Assembly (NCBI GenBank): GCA_963843555.1
Contig: CAWJKV010000014.1
Location: 121,663 to 185,662, forward strand
DNA: 64,000 nucleotides
Direction of reading: 5' to 3'
Source of the DNA: an uncultured Methanosarcinales archaeon
GTDB taxonomy: Archaea > Halobacteriota > Methanosarcinia > Methanotrichales > Methanotrichaceae
This document shows, piece by piece, positions 11,389 to 22,901 of the stretch. The position numbers and the translations under genes were made by a program. Below the pieces are notes generated by a model. That model saw nothing but the letters and a program-made list of their open reading frames with translations. It was not told the DNA's origin and made no database searches. Numbering within the stretch: position 1 is the first letter of the stretch; the number at the start of each line of letters is the position of its first letter.

Positions 11389-12623
11389 TTCTCCACCAGG
11401 GGAAGCAGCATGGGGTCGATCTCGCACCATCTTCCCTCTTCATCCTCGTATTCGACGGCAGTCAGGCTGAAGAGCAGCTCACGGGTCAGAACTGAATCCG
11501 GCCCTTCTTCTCTGGCCTCCTTGCAGCTGTTGATCTCCAGCAGCTTCTTCTTATGGGCCTCGGTGAGGGTTCGATCATAGGTCATTCTCAGCTTCTCAAG
11601 AGCGGAGGCGACGTCATTGTTGGATATGCGCTTCTGACCCTTGCGAAAAGCGTTAAGCGATGCCTCTTTCATCACTTCCACCAGCTCGGAAAGCTTGCCG
11701 GTGGACACGATTGCCTGCTCCAGAACATTCTCCTCCAGGAGATCCAGCTCTATCCTCCGGGAAATTACATCCGAGTAAAACTTACGCCCTTCTATGTGCG
11801 GATCTCCGTTTCTCTTCCTTACCGGCATTTGCAGAAGGATCACATCACCGTCGAAGGCATGCCTGACGTTCTCGTACTGGGGATGAAAGGCCAGGGGTAT
11901 GGGAAATGTGTAAACCACAAAGCAGCTCGGCTCGATCAAGAGCTGATAATTCTTATAGAAAAATTCCTCCGACTGCTGTCCTCTGGTTAATTTATCCAGA
12001 TCGTCAACAATGATCACCAGCTCTTTTCCCGACTTTTCTTCGATGTCTATTATGAGCCAGTTGAGCCTCTGAATGAGATCGCTGATCTTCTGATCCAGCT
12101 CCTTCCTGAGGCACTGACGGGTCGTGGCCTCCCGGCTGAGCTTGAGGATGACGATCTGACTCCAGGAGAGACCGGCTGAGCTCTGGCTGGTTACCTCCTC
12201 CTCGGTTATGCTCGTTATTCGCTTGGTGAAATCCTGGAAATCCTTCTCGATGTCGGGATGGAGAGTTATTCCTTCCACTCTGGCGATGTCGTAGACTTTG
12301 AGCGCCATGGAAACAAAGAAGTCGCGAAAATCGAAGTCGCTTAAATTAAGATCATCCCGGATGGAGTAGTTCACCACCAGAAAGCGGCTCTTATCCAGTG
12401 CCGCCTCCAGGCGGTACAGCTCTGTGCTCTTTCCAGAACCCCGGAAGCCCAGGAACAGATATTTTTCCCTGCGGCTGGCAAGCTCAATTCGGTCTCTTAA
12501 ATCCAGCATGGGTGAGACAGAGCCCGGCCGCTCGACATAGAAATCCGCGATCTCCTGATCCTCTTTTAGCGGCTCGACGTAAAAATTGTTGTAAGCCTCT
12601 TTCAAATCCTTTGCCCTGGGCAT
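11370..12623 (-). CDS. P-loop ATPase (KAP/AAA-like)
   Basis: GFRGSGKSTEL Walker A and IIVDDLDK Walker B; overlaps the start of the TPR gene. Confidence 0.85.
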   Translation of the reverse strand: MPRAKDLKEAYNNFYVEPLKEDQEIADFYVERPGSVSPMLDLRDRIELASRREKYLFLGFRGSGKSTELYRLEAALDKSRFLVVNYSIRDDLNLSDFDFRDFFVSMALKVYDIARVEGITLHPDIEKDFQDFTKRITSITEEEVTSQSSAGLSWSQIVILKLSREATTRQCLRKELDQKISDLIQRLNWLIIDIEEKSGKELVIIVDDLDKLTRGQQSEEFFYKNYQLLIEPSCFVVYTFPIPLAFHPQYENVRHAFDGDVILLQMPVRKRNGDPHIEGRKFYSDVISRRIELDLLEENVLEQAIVSTGKLSELVEVMKEASLNAFRKGQKRISNNDVASALEKLRMTYDRTLTEAHKKKLLEINSCKEAREEGPDSVLTRELLFSLTAVEYEDEEGRWCEIDPMLLPLVEKWSRSP

Positions 12624-12709
12624 GACATCAACCACGATCTCCTTTCATCGTACTAACAGATAACATTTTTGAACCATTTTGCTACTTTCACCATTTTTAG
12701 ATTACATTT

Positions 12710-13301
12710 TCAGCAAACCATCTTCTCATAGCAGTCCTTGCAGACCACCTTTCCCTTGGCCGTCCTCCCCAGGATCTCCATAAAGGCCTCGCCGCACTCC
12801 TGGCATTGCAGCGAAGGATAGATGCGGGCCTTCTCGGGTGCAGGAATATCAACCTCCCTAACCGAGAGTACATCCTCGTCTTTGGCGCCTGAGAATATCC
12901 TCAATGACCTTGGACCTCAGACCTTCCATCTCCTTCTTCTCCTCCGGCCCGAGCTCGCCTCTTGCGGCCTTTTGTCGCAGGGCATCCATGCGCTTGAAGA
13001 CATTGCCCTTGAAATAGATGCGCAGTGCCTTGTCATTATCGCGAGAATAGACCGTGAACACCTGTTTTCCGTTGTCAATCAGGATCAGATTGCCTTTGCC
13101 GGCTGTGCAGCCCAGGAGTGATTGTACGGCATCCACGCTGCAGGATTTGTTCTCGGCAATGCAGACCAGTTCCTCGTCCTTCGACCTGGGGTAGTGCTCC
13201 CTCACATATTTCGCCACCCGGTAGCCCATGGCCAGGCCCGGGCATATGTGGCCGTGAAACTCAGCGGCCTTCTTGAAGTCATCATCCATTTTTGTTATCA
13301 C
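12710..13301 (-). CDS. FmdE-family protein with C-terminal Zn finger, frameshifted near 12900
   Basis: FHGHICPGLAMG, CSVDAVQ...CTAGKGNL, and CQECGE...CKDC motifs. Confidence 0.88.
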
Positions 13302-13474
13302 CTGAAACTTATAGAGCGAAATTTCAATCTGCCTCTCTTTAGGCTGGCAGGGGATAAGTAAAGAGCGGTCGCCGGATTATTCCAGCTCTTCGCCACTTAA
13401 TGCGAGCGAGGTTATGATTTCGGGCGGTGATCCAAGATAGGTTGGAGTTCTTTATTCCAGTCTGCTAAATTTCA

Positions 13475-14390
13475 TTATCCTTGGCCCAGCATACCCGCCC
13501 TAGGAACCTCGACCGGGGTACTCATCAAGCAATAAACTGTAAGTGCCGCTGTACTTGGAATCAGTGATAACCATATAGCCTTCAGCTACCTGTATCTCAT
13601 CTTCCACCGATATGGTCACAACTGTATGCCCACGATAGAAGCTGCATCTCCTGAACCTGATCTGGAACCTGGACTGGCCAGGCTCGCTTCCAGAGTCGAT
13701 TTGTCTTCTGAGGATTCAAATGTGATATTTATCAGCCGATAACTATCGTTGTTGAGCCTTAGGTTTCCCCTCAGGATCGCATCCCTTTCTCCAGCTCTCG
13801 CTTGGGATCTCACATCTTCAAGACTCAAGTTTGATGCGAGGAGATTTCTCGCTTCATCCGGGTCCACAGTCCAGATAGTCTCCACATTTAGCCTGATGGG
13901 ATGGGATTCGTCGACTTTAGTCGCAATTCCTCGCCAATTCTGGACCACGACATCGACAGTCCCGTCACCGATATCATTGGTTATCGCATGAGCATCTGCG
14001 GCAATGGCGTCACTGGAACCGTTTACGGAGTTGATATTTGCTCCACCCGGTCATGCCCATTTGCGGTGATGATGTTTCACCCATTTGCGGTGATGATGTT
14101 CCACCCATTTGCGGTGATGATGTTCCACCCATTTGCGGTGATGATGTTCCACCCATTTGCGGTGATGACGTTCCACCCATTTGCGGTGATGATGCTTCCA
14201 CCCATTTGCGGTGATGATGTTCCACCCGTTTGCGGTGATGATGTTCCACCCGCTTGCGGTGATGACGTTCCACCCATTTGCGGGTGATGTTTCACCCATA
14301 TGCTGTGCTGATGAGCCTGAGCAGCTAATTACCAGTAATAATATTGCCAGATAGAAAGAGATCAATTCCTGGCACCGTGTTCGCATCATT
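13475..14390 (-). CDS. Secreted hypothetical protein with PQMGGTSS repeats, multiple frameshifts
   Basis: Signal peptide, tandem repeat block, then coding-like fragments (13616..13948) continuing to a stop near 13475. Confidence 0.55.
14054..14300 (-). repeat. 24-bp tandem repeat, about 10 copies (cccatttgcggtgatgatgttcca)
   Basis: Head-to-tail copies with few substitutions and no spacers; one or two units carry 1-bp indels. Confidence 0.95.
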
Positions 14391-14494
14391 TCAGTCATTT
14401 CACGTCCTGCCAGGTAATATAGGTTGTTATAGGGTGTCGGGGGCAATTCGCCCCTTTGACATCCTATTGGCGCTTAATATGCTATATATTTCAG

Positions 14495-14800
14495 TTAGTC
14501 TTGGCAGCTACCGTCACGGGCTCGGTCCGGGCTTGGTCACCGTCATGGTCGCCGTCTGGATTTCAATTCTCCGGGTTTCCATGCTGGTTGCCTAGTCCGT
14601 CTTGGTCTCCATTCGGGCAGTCAGTGGTGCAGCCACAGTCCTCGCCGCAGTTTCCATTCTGTGCGATTCCATTCTGTGCTGCGATTCCATTCTGCACTGC
14701 GATTCCATTCTGTGCTCGCATTTCCATTCTGTGCTGCCAGGGCAGGAAACGCCAGAAGGCAGGCAACTAATAGAGCAGACAATATAGCTACGTACTTCAT
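14495..14800 (-). CDS. Small secreted protein with AQNGIA repeats and Cys/Asp/Gly-rich tail, frameshifted
   Basis: MKYVAILSALLVACLLAFPALA signal peptide; 18-bp repeat ttccattctgtgctgcga; ends RARDGSCQD. Confidence 0.6.
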
Positions 14801-14918
14801 TTTGTACAAACCTCCAATTTGGGATGACTTAATAGCCATCCTCAAATTACCCATAGCATCGAACGATACAAAAAACCCAAGCCGAACGAGGATTGGATTG
14901 CGGTCTCGCAGCAAACGC

Positions 14919-16013
14919 CTAAGATCGTTCTTTAGGGTTCAAAAATCGCTCTGATAATTCTATAACGTTCGTTCTGCCTTTTTCTTTTTTGGTTATTAAA
15001 TTTCGCTTCTCCATCGAGGTTAAAATGCCTGAAAGAGACGATTTGGAGATATCCATCTCATACCTGATCTCTGTCTGGGTCATCGTCCCTCCGCGCTGCA
15101 ACAGACCCTTCAATATGGACTGCTCTTTATCCGTCAGCGTATCCATCACCATGGAAATCTCGCTGGTCAATTCGATGCCTCCTCTGCGCTTTTTGTCTGG
15201 CCCGGAAGCCTCTGAGGTTTCCGATATTCTTGAACTGCTTTCTGTATCTTCATTTAGGGGTATCGCCGGAGGGTTAGAATCGATGTGCTGCTCGATTGGA
15301 GCGGGCAAATCCAATTGTCTTGGGCCTGATGATGCAGGCGCGACCGCATACTTAGGATGGCTCGATGCATTCTTCAGGCTTCACAGATTCAAACCAGGAT
15401 CTCTGCAGAAAGATCAGTAGGCCAGAGCATGCAACCAGTAAAAGAAACATGGCTATTGTCGGATACGAGTTTCCAACAACTGCGCCTGTGACTATATCCG
15501 CTTCTGCCCCAGGCACTTCGGCAAGCAGGAGAATATAATCAATATTGACAGCAGGATTTGTGATATCATGCCCCTGGACTTCTGCTATGACAGATTTATT
15601 GGATGCATAAACTGATAATCAAGCCCTGAAGAGCAATTTACCCCACTCAGCTTTGCATTCAGCTGGGAGGTAGAACATGATCCTGTACTCATCATAGTCT
15701 CCCCTCCGAATTAAATCTCAGTTTCCAGTTATCTCCGGACTTTGAGGTGAGGATATTGGTGATGGCATATAGCTGTTTGCTATCGTTCCTCATACGTATA
15801 CTCTGAGGAGTTCAAAAATGCCAGGGATCCTGGATTCTCTACGTAACCATTGATCAAGCTCTTGCCTCTATCGTCGACATATACATTCAGGACGAGCTGA
15901 TTCAGTTCTTGGCTATCATCCGGTCCATCCTGGCTGAATGCAGCGCCGAGAGTGATCGAAGTGAAGAGGATAGACACTAAAATCAAACCGATCGAGAAGT
16001 CCGGCCTGTGCAT
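14919..16013 (-). CDS. Membrane-anchored protein with C-terminal winged-HTH (MarR-like), multiple frameshifts
   Basis: Signal peptide, TM segment near 15430, C-terminal LTDKEQSIL...GGTMTQTEI..EMDISKSSLS...KGRTNVIEL. Confidence 0.7.
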
Positions 16014-16172
16014 ATACCTATCCTATTACAGACTGCAACTTAAACCTGATGGAGGAATACCTTCTCCGGACCCGTGTGAGATTCTGCGCCAAATCGCACT
16101 CGGGATAGCGGGAATTTTTCATGCAGCTTCGAAGCGAAACAAAGATAGCCGCAGCCTGCCATACTTCATCTC

Positions 16173-16470
16173 ATGCAGATTGGACGCAAAGCCAAGCCCG
16201 AATCGCCGGAGGAGATGGCACTGGTGCATCACGCCCTGGAAAACCCCATTCGCAGAAAGATGATCATCCTCATGAACCAGGGAGTTTTGAGCGTGCCCGA
16301 GATCGCAAAGGCTGTGGGCGAGAGCATGCTCGACTATCACCTGCAACCGGCTGGAGCTGGCGGGCTTGATCGAGGTGCACGAGGAGCGAATAGTGCTGAC
16401 AGAAGCGGGTGTGGCCTATGGCGGCCTGGTGAAGGCGCAGAAGGAGAAGGGCGGGGCGGACAAGATATAG
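16173..16470 (+). CDS. ArsR-family wHTH regulator, frameshifted near 16350
   Basis: ALENPIRRKMI...LDYHL, continuing LELAGLIEV in the next frame. Confidence 0.8.
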
Positions 16471-16506
16471 TGTCTATTCACGGTCAATGAGATATGAGGT
16501 AAAGAA

Positions 16507-17247
16507 ATGGACGTCATCTTTCTCGGCACCAACGGCTGGTACGATAGCTGCACCGGCAACACCATCTGCACCCTCATCAACTCCGAAAAGTACCACATCA
16601 TCCTCGATGCGGGCAACGGCATCTACAAGGCCGATCGCTACATCCATGACGATCTGCCGGTCTACCTCTTCCTCAGCCACTTCCATCTGGACCACATCGA
16701 GGGCCTGCATATCCTCAACAAGTTCCGTTTCTCGCAAGGCCTGAAGATCTTCGGCCAGAAGGGGACCAGAGCGGTATTGAATACCATTATCAACGAGCCT
16801 TTCACAGTTCCCCTGGATAAGCTGCCCTACCCTGTCGAGGTTGGCGAGCTCTCCGAAGGGCCTTACAAGATGCCCTTTGCCATGGAGTGCGAGTTTCTGG
16901 TGCATGCCTCACCTACCCTGGGATTCAGATTCGATCTGGACGGAAAGATCCTGGCCTACTGCCCGGATACAGGCGTCTGCGATAACGCCGTTCATCTGGC
17001 CCAGGATGCCGACCTGCTCATCACGGAGTGCTCCCATAAGCCCGGTGAGCAAAATCCGCAGTGGCCGCACCTCAACCCGCAGGATGCCGCCGATATCGCG
17101 CGCCGTGCCGGGGCGAAAAGGCTGGCGCTCACTCACTTCGACTCTGGGCGCTACCTCACTATTCAGGAGCGTCTGGATGCTGTGGCGACCGTCAAGGGCT
17201 TCGAGGGTATAGTAGTAGGACGCGACGGGCTGGTGCTTAATCTATAG
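16507..17247 (+). CDS. MBL-fold hydrolase, RNase Z/BN-like
   Basis: FLGTNG, LDAG.G, SHFHLDH, PDTG and LTHF motifs. Confidence 0.88.
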   Translation: MDVIFLGTNGWYDSCTGNTICTLINSEKYHIILDAGNGIYKADRYIHDDLPVYLFLSHFHLDHIEGLHILNKFRFSQGLKIFGQKGTRAVLNTIINEPFTVPLDKLPYPVEVGELSEGPYKMPFAMECEFLVHASPTLGFRFDLDGKILAYCPDTGVCDNAVHLAQDADLLITECSHKPGEQNPQWPHLNPQDAADIARRAGAKRLALTHFDSGRYLTIQERLDAVATVKGFEGIVVGRDGLVLNL

Positions 17248-17675
17248 CGTGTAAATCGAGTCGATGATGTAAAAGCATCTCGATCGTTCTCCATCAATAA
17301 TGGCATGTGAGCTGTTCGGATATGCACTCAATCTGGACTTCGTAGATGCAAAGAAAGGATAGCATCCGCGCATTCTTCCGGGGTTCCGCGAGTCGGCCTG
17401 CGGGCCGCGCCAACGAGCCGCTCAAGGCCGCGGCCGGCCGAGCGACGGCGGTTAAACTGTAGACCATCTGTATGTCCCATTGCTTAGATGAAGCCACCTC
17501 TTTTCGGATGCAAATCGAAGTTTATGATGTCAAAGCAATTCGATTTTCATTTGCCACGTTTGAGCCCGTGTCCCGGGGTCCAGTGAGAGCATAGAAGGCC
17601 TCACTGGCAGCTTGCTACTCTTCCCAGGCTGTCGGCTCTGAGTCTCCCAGGACGCCTTCGTCTACCACTCCTTCT

Positions 17676-19521
17676 CTAACCTACCGTCACCACATTGCTC
17701 TGGCCTAGGAGCTGGTAAGCCCCTTGACCTTCACTTGTGATGTCAGAGCGGAACATCCTGAAGTCGTACCGCCCCGGCTCCGTGGGAAGCTGCCAGGTCA
17801 TTCTGCCGCAGTTCTCGCTGCCAACCGACCTCTTCCCCACAGGGAACTTGTCAGGTCTGTTTACCCCGTACATGCCGATGATACCCGTTCCTTCCGGAGG
17901 TGCTCCCCAGTAGGTTACGGTGACTGTACCTCCGGGCGCAACATGAGATGGTGAGGCTATGACTTTGTTGCCCTTCATGATTTTGACTTCCACACTGTTG
18001 CTGGTGGCCAGCCGGGTGTAACTATCGTTCTCGAAAAACCTGAATTCATAGCTTCCAGGATCGGAAGCCTCCAGGGTCACGTGTGCCGTTCTCTTTTCCA
18101 TCCAGATACTGACGGCTGGTGTAACTGTCGTCGGACGATCCGGATTTGTACATGGCTATCCAGTCGTTCTCATAACCTGGGGCTCCTTTGTAGCTGACGG
18201 TGATCAGCTCACAGGTGTTCACCAGGGTCGGAGTTGCATTGATGGTTGGAATGCGAACGCTGAAATTAAGAGAGACCATCTCCTCGCCACTGGTGGTATT
18301 GTACATGCGAAGATCAAAAAGCCCCTCATCGGCCGGAGCCTTTAGCATCAGCATGCCTGATGAGCCTGCCAGGTTCTGGCGGGACAGAGCCATATCCGGG
18401 CTGGCTTTGCCTCTGGGCTGATCAGTCTTCATCACTCCCACCCAGCCAGAGAAATTCTCTGGAGCGGCATACAACACATTGACGTCATGCCCGGGCAGGT
18501 AGGTTTTCTGGTCCATCTTCAGCTCTGAGCCCACCAAACCACGGGACTTGTAACTGAGTATGGCGTCAGGAGAAGCTTTCGGCATCTCGGTCCACGTTGC
18601 GTCCGCCCGGAATGCTGTAACCAGAGTCGCAGATCCCGTCTCTGTTGCGATCATTGCAGCCCTGCTCACGGGCATCGTAGTCGCCGAAGTGGTTGCCTAT
18701 CATATCGTTGTCCCACTGGTTGTAGCCATCGTCGAAGGCATTCTGAATGTTGTCCTGCAGGTTGTTCTGATAGAGAAGGTTGGCACCTGCTGATGATGAG
18801 TTCGTGCTATTCTGTCCAATGTTGTAAGGGGTCGACTGCTTGCCAGAGACGTACGCTATGGATACTCCCTTTCCCTTGCCTTTGCCTTTTGCTGTGATGC
18901 TCTCGCTTAAGTTGATGTTCGAGATGTTTATGCCCATCTTGTTCCGGGTCAGGTCGTTGGCATTGATTGTATTGCCTCGGGAGGTTACGACGGAGATACC
19001 ATCCCAGTTCATGCTGGCATTGTTGCTCCCAGATCTGGTTGTCGTTGGCGTGAACCAGCAGGATTCCGCCTTTTTTGTTTTCTGTCACGATATTTGAAAA
19101 GACATTGTTTTTGTCGACGTAGTAAAGGATAATTCCGTAGTTATCATTTTCGACGGCTGTATTGTCTTTGATTGTATTTCCGTCGGAGAGCACCTTTATG
19201 CCGGCATCATTCGCATCTTTGCCAGAACCCAGTAGCCGTAAATCCCAACAGAGTTGAACCGTTGGCCGAGATGGTTATAGCGCTTCCCTTGCCGCCGGCG
19301 TCAATAATTGGATTGCCCATGCCTATGAGGGTGAGCGGTTTGGTTACATTGACGCTCTCGTGATAGGTGCCGTTTTGCACCTCAACGATTTGGCCTGGAT
19401 TAGCGGCGTTTATGAACGACTGGATACTTTGTCCCGGTTTGACATAGTATGTAGTAGCATTTGCTAAACCAGAGAGCATCACTACGATAATCGCTAGAAT
19501 TACCACAGTGGATTTACTCAT
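17676..19521 (-). CDS. NosD/CASH beta-helix surface protein with C-terminal Ig-like repeats, multiple frameshifts
   Basis: Signal peptide, SIQSFINAANPG...GTYHE, Asn-rich beta-helix, DRNRDGICD, then repeated WI.MY...G.YEFR domains. Confidence 0.75.
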
Positions 19522-19710
19522 CCTGGGGCTCAACCCTTTCTGCATGTTCACTGGATGGCTCAAGCAGTATAAGATGGTGATCGTTAATGAAAATGCATTA
19601 TTTCCTACCAAAGCTGCTCCAGAGTTTCTCCGGCTTTTTCGGAAGCTTTTGGTAGTTTAAGGCATAGTTCAGATATATTGATTGCAGCATTGAATCTGTC
19701 AGGAATTCTG

Positions 19711-21172
19711 TCAAGTCACGCCCTTGCACAGCTCCCCGCCGCTCTCCAGATCCTCCCGGAAGAGATCCTTCTTCTTTCGCAGGCCCAGGCGCAGGGCAAG
19801 CTTACGTTTGGCATAAAATGGAGCCAGCCGCAGCGTCTCCAGGATGAACCATTTTGGATAGAGGTGCTTAACTTTATTGTACCTGAACCAATCGAGATCA
19901 TAGTAGCGGGCGTTCATCTGCCAGGTGATATACTGCACTTCTTCATCGCTTAAGTGCTTGGTTCTTAAATTGGCATGCAGACCATCGTACTTGGTGAAGT
20001 CGTTATTGGTAACAAGGCCCATCTCCTCCAGCTCGGCGCGCATCTGGGTCTTGGGATAGGGAGTGGAGATGTAGAAGATTGGCACGTCCACCCTCAGCCG
20101 TCGCGCAAGCTTGAAGTTCTCCCACATGTCCTCTTCATCGTCATCCGGATTGCCGCCGATGAGGCCTGTGGAGACTATGATATTATTGTCATGAAGATAT
20201 GAGACGGCAGTCTCAGCATCATTGGACATCTTGCCCTTGCCCAGGAATTCCAGGTTCCTCTTGTTCACGCTTTCCACACCGAGGAAGACACCGTCAAATC
20301 CCGCTTCGCCCATTTTGTCTACCAGCTGCCTGCTCGATGCTATTCCCGAGGCGGAGGCCTGCGTCTTGTAGCGCAAGTGGGTTAGCCCGGCATCGATGAT
20401 GGCCTGGCAGAGCCTCTCCAGCCGCTTGGGATCTAAGGTGATGTTGTCGTCCGGGAAGAAGATGGAGCCTGCCCCGTGTTCCTCTGCATCACTGAATATC
20501 GGCGATAACGCGATCGATCGAAAACTTGCGGAACCTGCGGCCGTACATGAGATTTATGCTGCAGAACTTGCAGCCCTGGGTGCATCCCCGGCTGGTCTCC
20601 ACCGAGTCGATGGGAATGCCGAGGCTGTTGAAACCTCGGGTGAGCAGCCGAGCGTCGCGGTTGGGCATCTTGATATCTTCCACATTGAGCAGCGGTCGCG
20701 CCGGATTGTGAACCATCTTCTCCCCTTCGTGATAGGAGAGCCCCAGGATCTCCTCCGGACTCCTGCCTGCCGTCAAGGCCAGGGCAAGCTCCCGGAAGGT
20801 GGCCTCGCCCTCGCCCCGCACAATGTAGTCGATGAACGCCGCATCCGGGCTTTCGGCGATTTCTTCTGCGGCCAGAGTAGGATGATAGCCTCCAAAGACC
20901 GTCTGGGCTCCTGCATGCTTGGCTATTCTGGCCAGGGCTAAGGCCTCTTGATACTGGAAGCTCATCGCAGTTATGCCCACCAGATCGTAATCGTTGACCT
21001 TCTTCTCTACATATTCTCTGTGGTTCTTCAATCCATGGATATCGGCCACGTGAACAGTGCACAGGTCATCCACATGGGCCGCCAGTGACGCCAGACCCAA
21101 ATTGGGCAGGCGGGCTATGCGGTCAAAGTCGGGCTGCACTACAGGAGAGGAAAGCAATAGAATCTTCATCAT
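19711..21172 (-). CDS. B12-binding radical SAM protein, frameshifted at ~20490 and ~20370
   Basis: LGLASLAA, GGYHPT and RGEGE B12-domain motifs; SRGCTQGCKFC; DDN and LGVES motifs. Confidence 0.88.
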
Positions 21173-21188
21173 TCCTGATCCCGCAATC

Positions 21189-22559
21189 CTAGCTGTCATT
21201 CACTTTGAGCAATCTTGGACCCTCTTTCCAGTCGAACTTGTTTGCCCTGGAGATGTAGGCCGCTACCTCTTTCACTCCCGCCAGGCCGCCAAAGTGGTAG
21301 GCATTGGACCAGACACGCGCCGAGGTGCGCAGGGGTGCATGCCAGGGATGGACCTGTTTGAATGACCAGTCCAGAATATCCAGCATCTCATCCGGCTTGA
21401 TATGGGGATGATTCCAGACCAGATGCTTTCCATCATGGTGATGATAGTCCTGGTCGAAGATGCCGTATTTCTCCTGGATCTCCGTCCACATAGGCGTCTG
21501 GGGCAGGGGAGTTATGACGCATATCTGAGTTATATCCAGTTTAAGCGCCGCCAGCTTCTTTATGTCCACGCGGAGCGATTCCTTTGTATCCTCTTCGAAG
21601 CCGACCATGTAGTAGCCAACCGTCCCCAGGCTCCGCGCTTGCAGCATGCGCAGCGTCTCTAAAATGTCTTCCGTCCCTTCTTTTTTCTTCATGTCGTCCA
21701 GGCGCTCTTGATGCAGGTTCTCTATGCCGATGGCAGCTCCCCCAAAGCCCGCGACTCTTTTTCTATCTTGCTCTCTCATATCTGCCCAATCGTCGATCTT
21801 GGTGCGCAGATAATCGGCACGGGCCATGCATCCCCAGACCATCTGGTACTTGTCCAGGAGCTCCACAACCGCATCCGCATGGCGGCGGTTGCAGCCGAAG
21901 TTCTCATCCTCGATTAGAACCACGTTTATGCCATTCTCTTTATAGTAGGCCAAAACCCGTTCGATGCTTTTCAATGAGATTATGTTGGGCTTATTGCAGA
22001 AGACCGGGGTCTGACAGAACTTGCAGCCCACAGGGCATCCGCGAGTGGTAAACAATACTCCGTAAATGTTCAGCTTGACATGGAATGGTGTATTGAGATA
22101 TTCAATAAGCGGAGGGTGAATTATATCTTTTATCTGGCGACCGAAGTAGGGCGCCAGTTGATGCTCTGAGTATCCCACAAAGACCCTGTCAAATCTGTCC
22201 TGCACCGCTGTTGTCAAGGCGCCGTAGTTTCCTGCCCAAACCTCCTTCGTTCCAGCATTGCGTGCCGCCTCGACCATCTCCACAGCTTCGTGAGTCTCGC
22301 TCAGGTAAAAGGAGAGGCCCACCACATCCCAGCCCTCTTGCAGCTTCTTTTTGTACTCATCCCATGTGGGAAACTCCAGGATCTCAAGCTCTGGAATGTT
22401 CTGCTTCAGGAATCTCAGGCCGAAGGATTGGATGCGTGGCCAGTAGAATCGGAACCACGACCTTGTATTGGCTCCTATATAATCGTAAGGCTCAGAGCCT
22501 TTTCTGTAAACGGTTGTGAAGAGAACCCTGGGAGTCATAAACGCCCTCTCCTGTACCAT
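21189..22559 (-). CDS. Radical SAM protein with divergent B12-binding-like N-terminal domain
   Basis: TRGCPVGCKFC, DENF, GIEN and TPLPQTP motifs. Confidence 0.88.
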   Translation of the reverse strand: MVQERAFMTPRVLFTTVYRKGSEPYDYIGANTRSWFRFYWPRIQSFGLRFLKQNIPELEILEFPTWDEYKKKLQEGWDVVGLSFYLSETHEAVEMVEAARNAGTKEVWAGNYGALTTAVQDRFDRVFVGYSEHQLAPYFGRQIKDIIHPPLIEYLNTPFHVKLNIYGVLFTTRGCPVGCKFCQTPVFCNKPNIISLKSIERVLAYYKENGINVVLIEDENFGCNRRHADAVVELLDKYQMVWGCMARADYLRTKIDDWADMREQDRKRVAGFGGAAIGIENLHQERLDDMKKKEGTEDILETLRMLQARSLGTVGYYMVGFEEDTKESLRVDIKKLAALKLDITQICVITPLPQTPMWTEIQEKYGIFDQDYHHHDGKHLVWNHPHIKPDEMLDILDWSFKQVHPWHAPLRTSARVWSNAYHFGGLAGVKEVAAYISRANKFDWKEGPRLLKVNDS

Positions 22560-22579
22560 GGAAGATTAAGCTTACGACC

Positions 22580-22888
22580 TCAAACGTATCCGTCCGGGCC
22601 GCAGTATTTACTTTCCATCTCCATTTTCTCTGCCCTATCTTTTTCCATCGCTTCCATCTCTTTTTGCACTACATTGAAGACTTCCGACACTCCGGCATAT
22701 TTTCCTGCAAACCATCCGCAGGCGAAGACCTCTGCCTTATCTTTATCGATACCAAACTCCTCTATAAGCTCTACAATCCACTGGCCGGGAGTCTCGGACT
22801 CGGAGAATGATGCGCTGACCTTCTGAGCGACTTCATCAGCGCGTTCCTTGGTTATTCCCAGCAGCTCGTAGAGGGTCACATTCGACAT
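22580..22888 (-). CDS. Hypothetical acidic protein
   Basis: ORF co-oriented and tightly packed in the run of minus-strand genes. Confidence 0.65.
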   Translation of the reverse strand: MSNVTLYELLGITKERADEVAQKVSASFSESETPGQWIVELIEEFGIDKDKAEVFACGWFAGKYAGVSEVFNVVQKEMEAMEKDRAEKMEMESKYCGPDGYV

Positions 22889-22901
22889 ACCAAAATACCT
22901 T

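Noticed and set aside
14054..14300. CRISPR array
   Set aside because: The 24-bp units are contiguous with no unique spacers, read as a coding peptide repeat, and no cas genes are present
17405..17457. Integron attC site (ccaac...gttaaac)
   Set aside because: The left end does not fit RYYYAAC, the ends are not complementary, and there is no integrase or cassette array
17253..17546. C/D box sRNA
   Set aside because: ATGATGT only approximates box C and no suitably placed CTGA box D was seen
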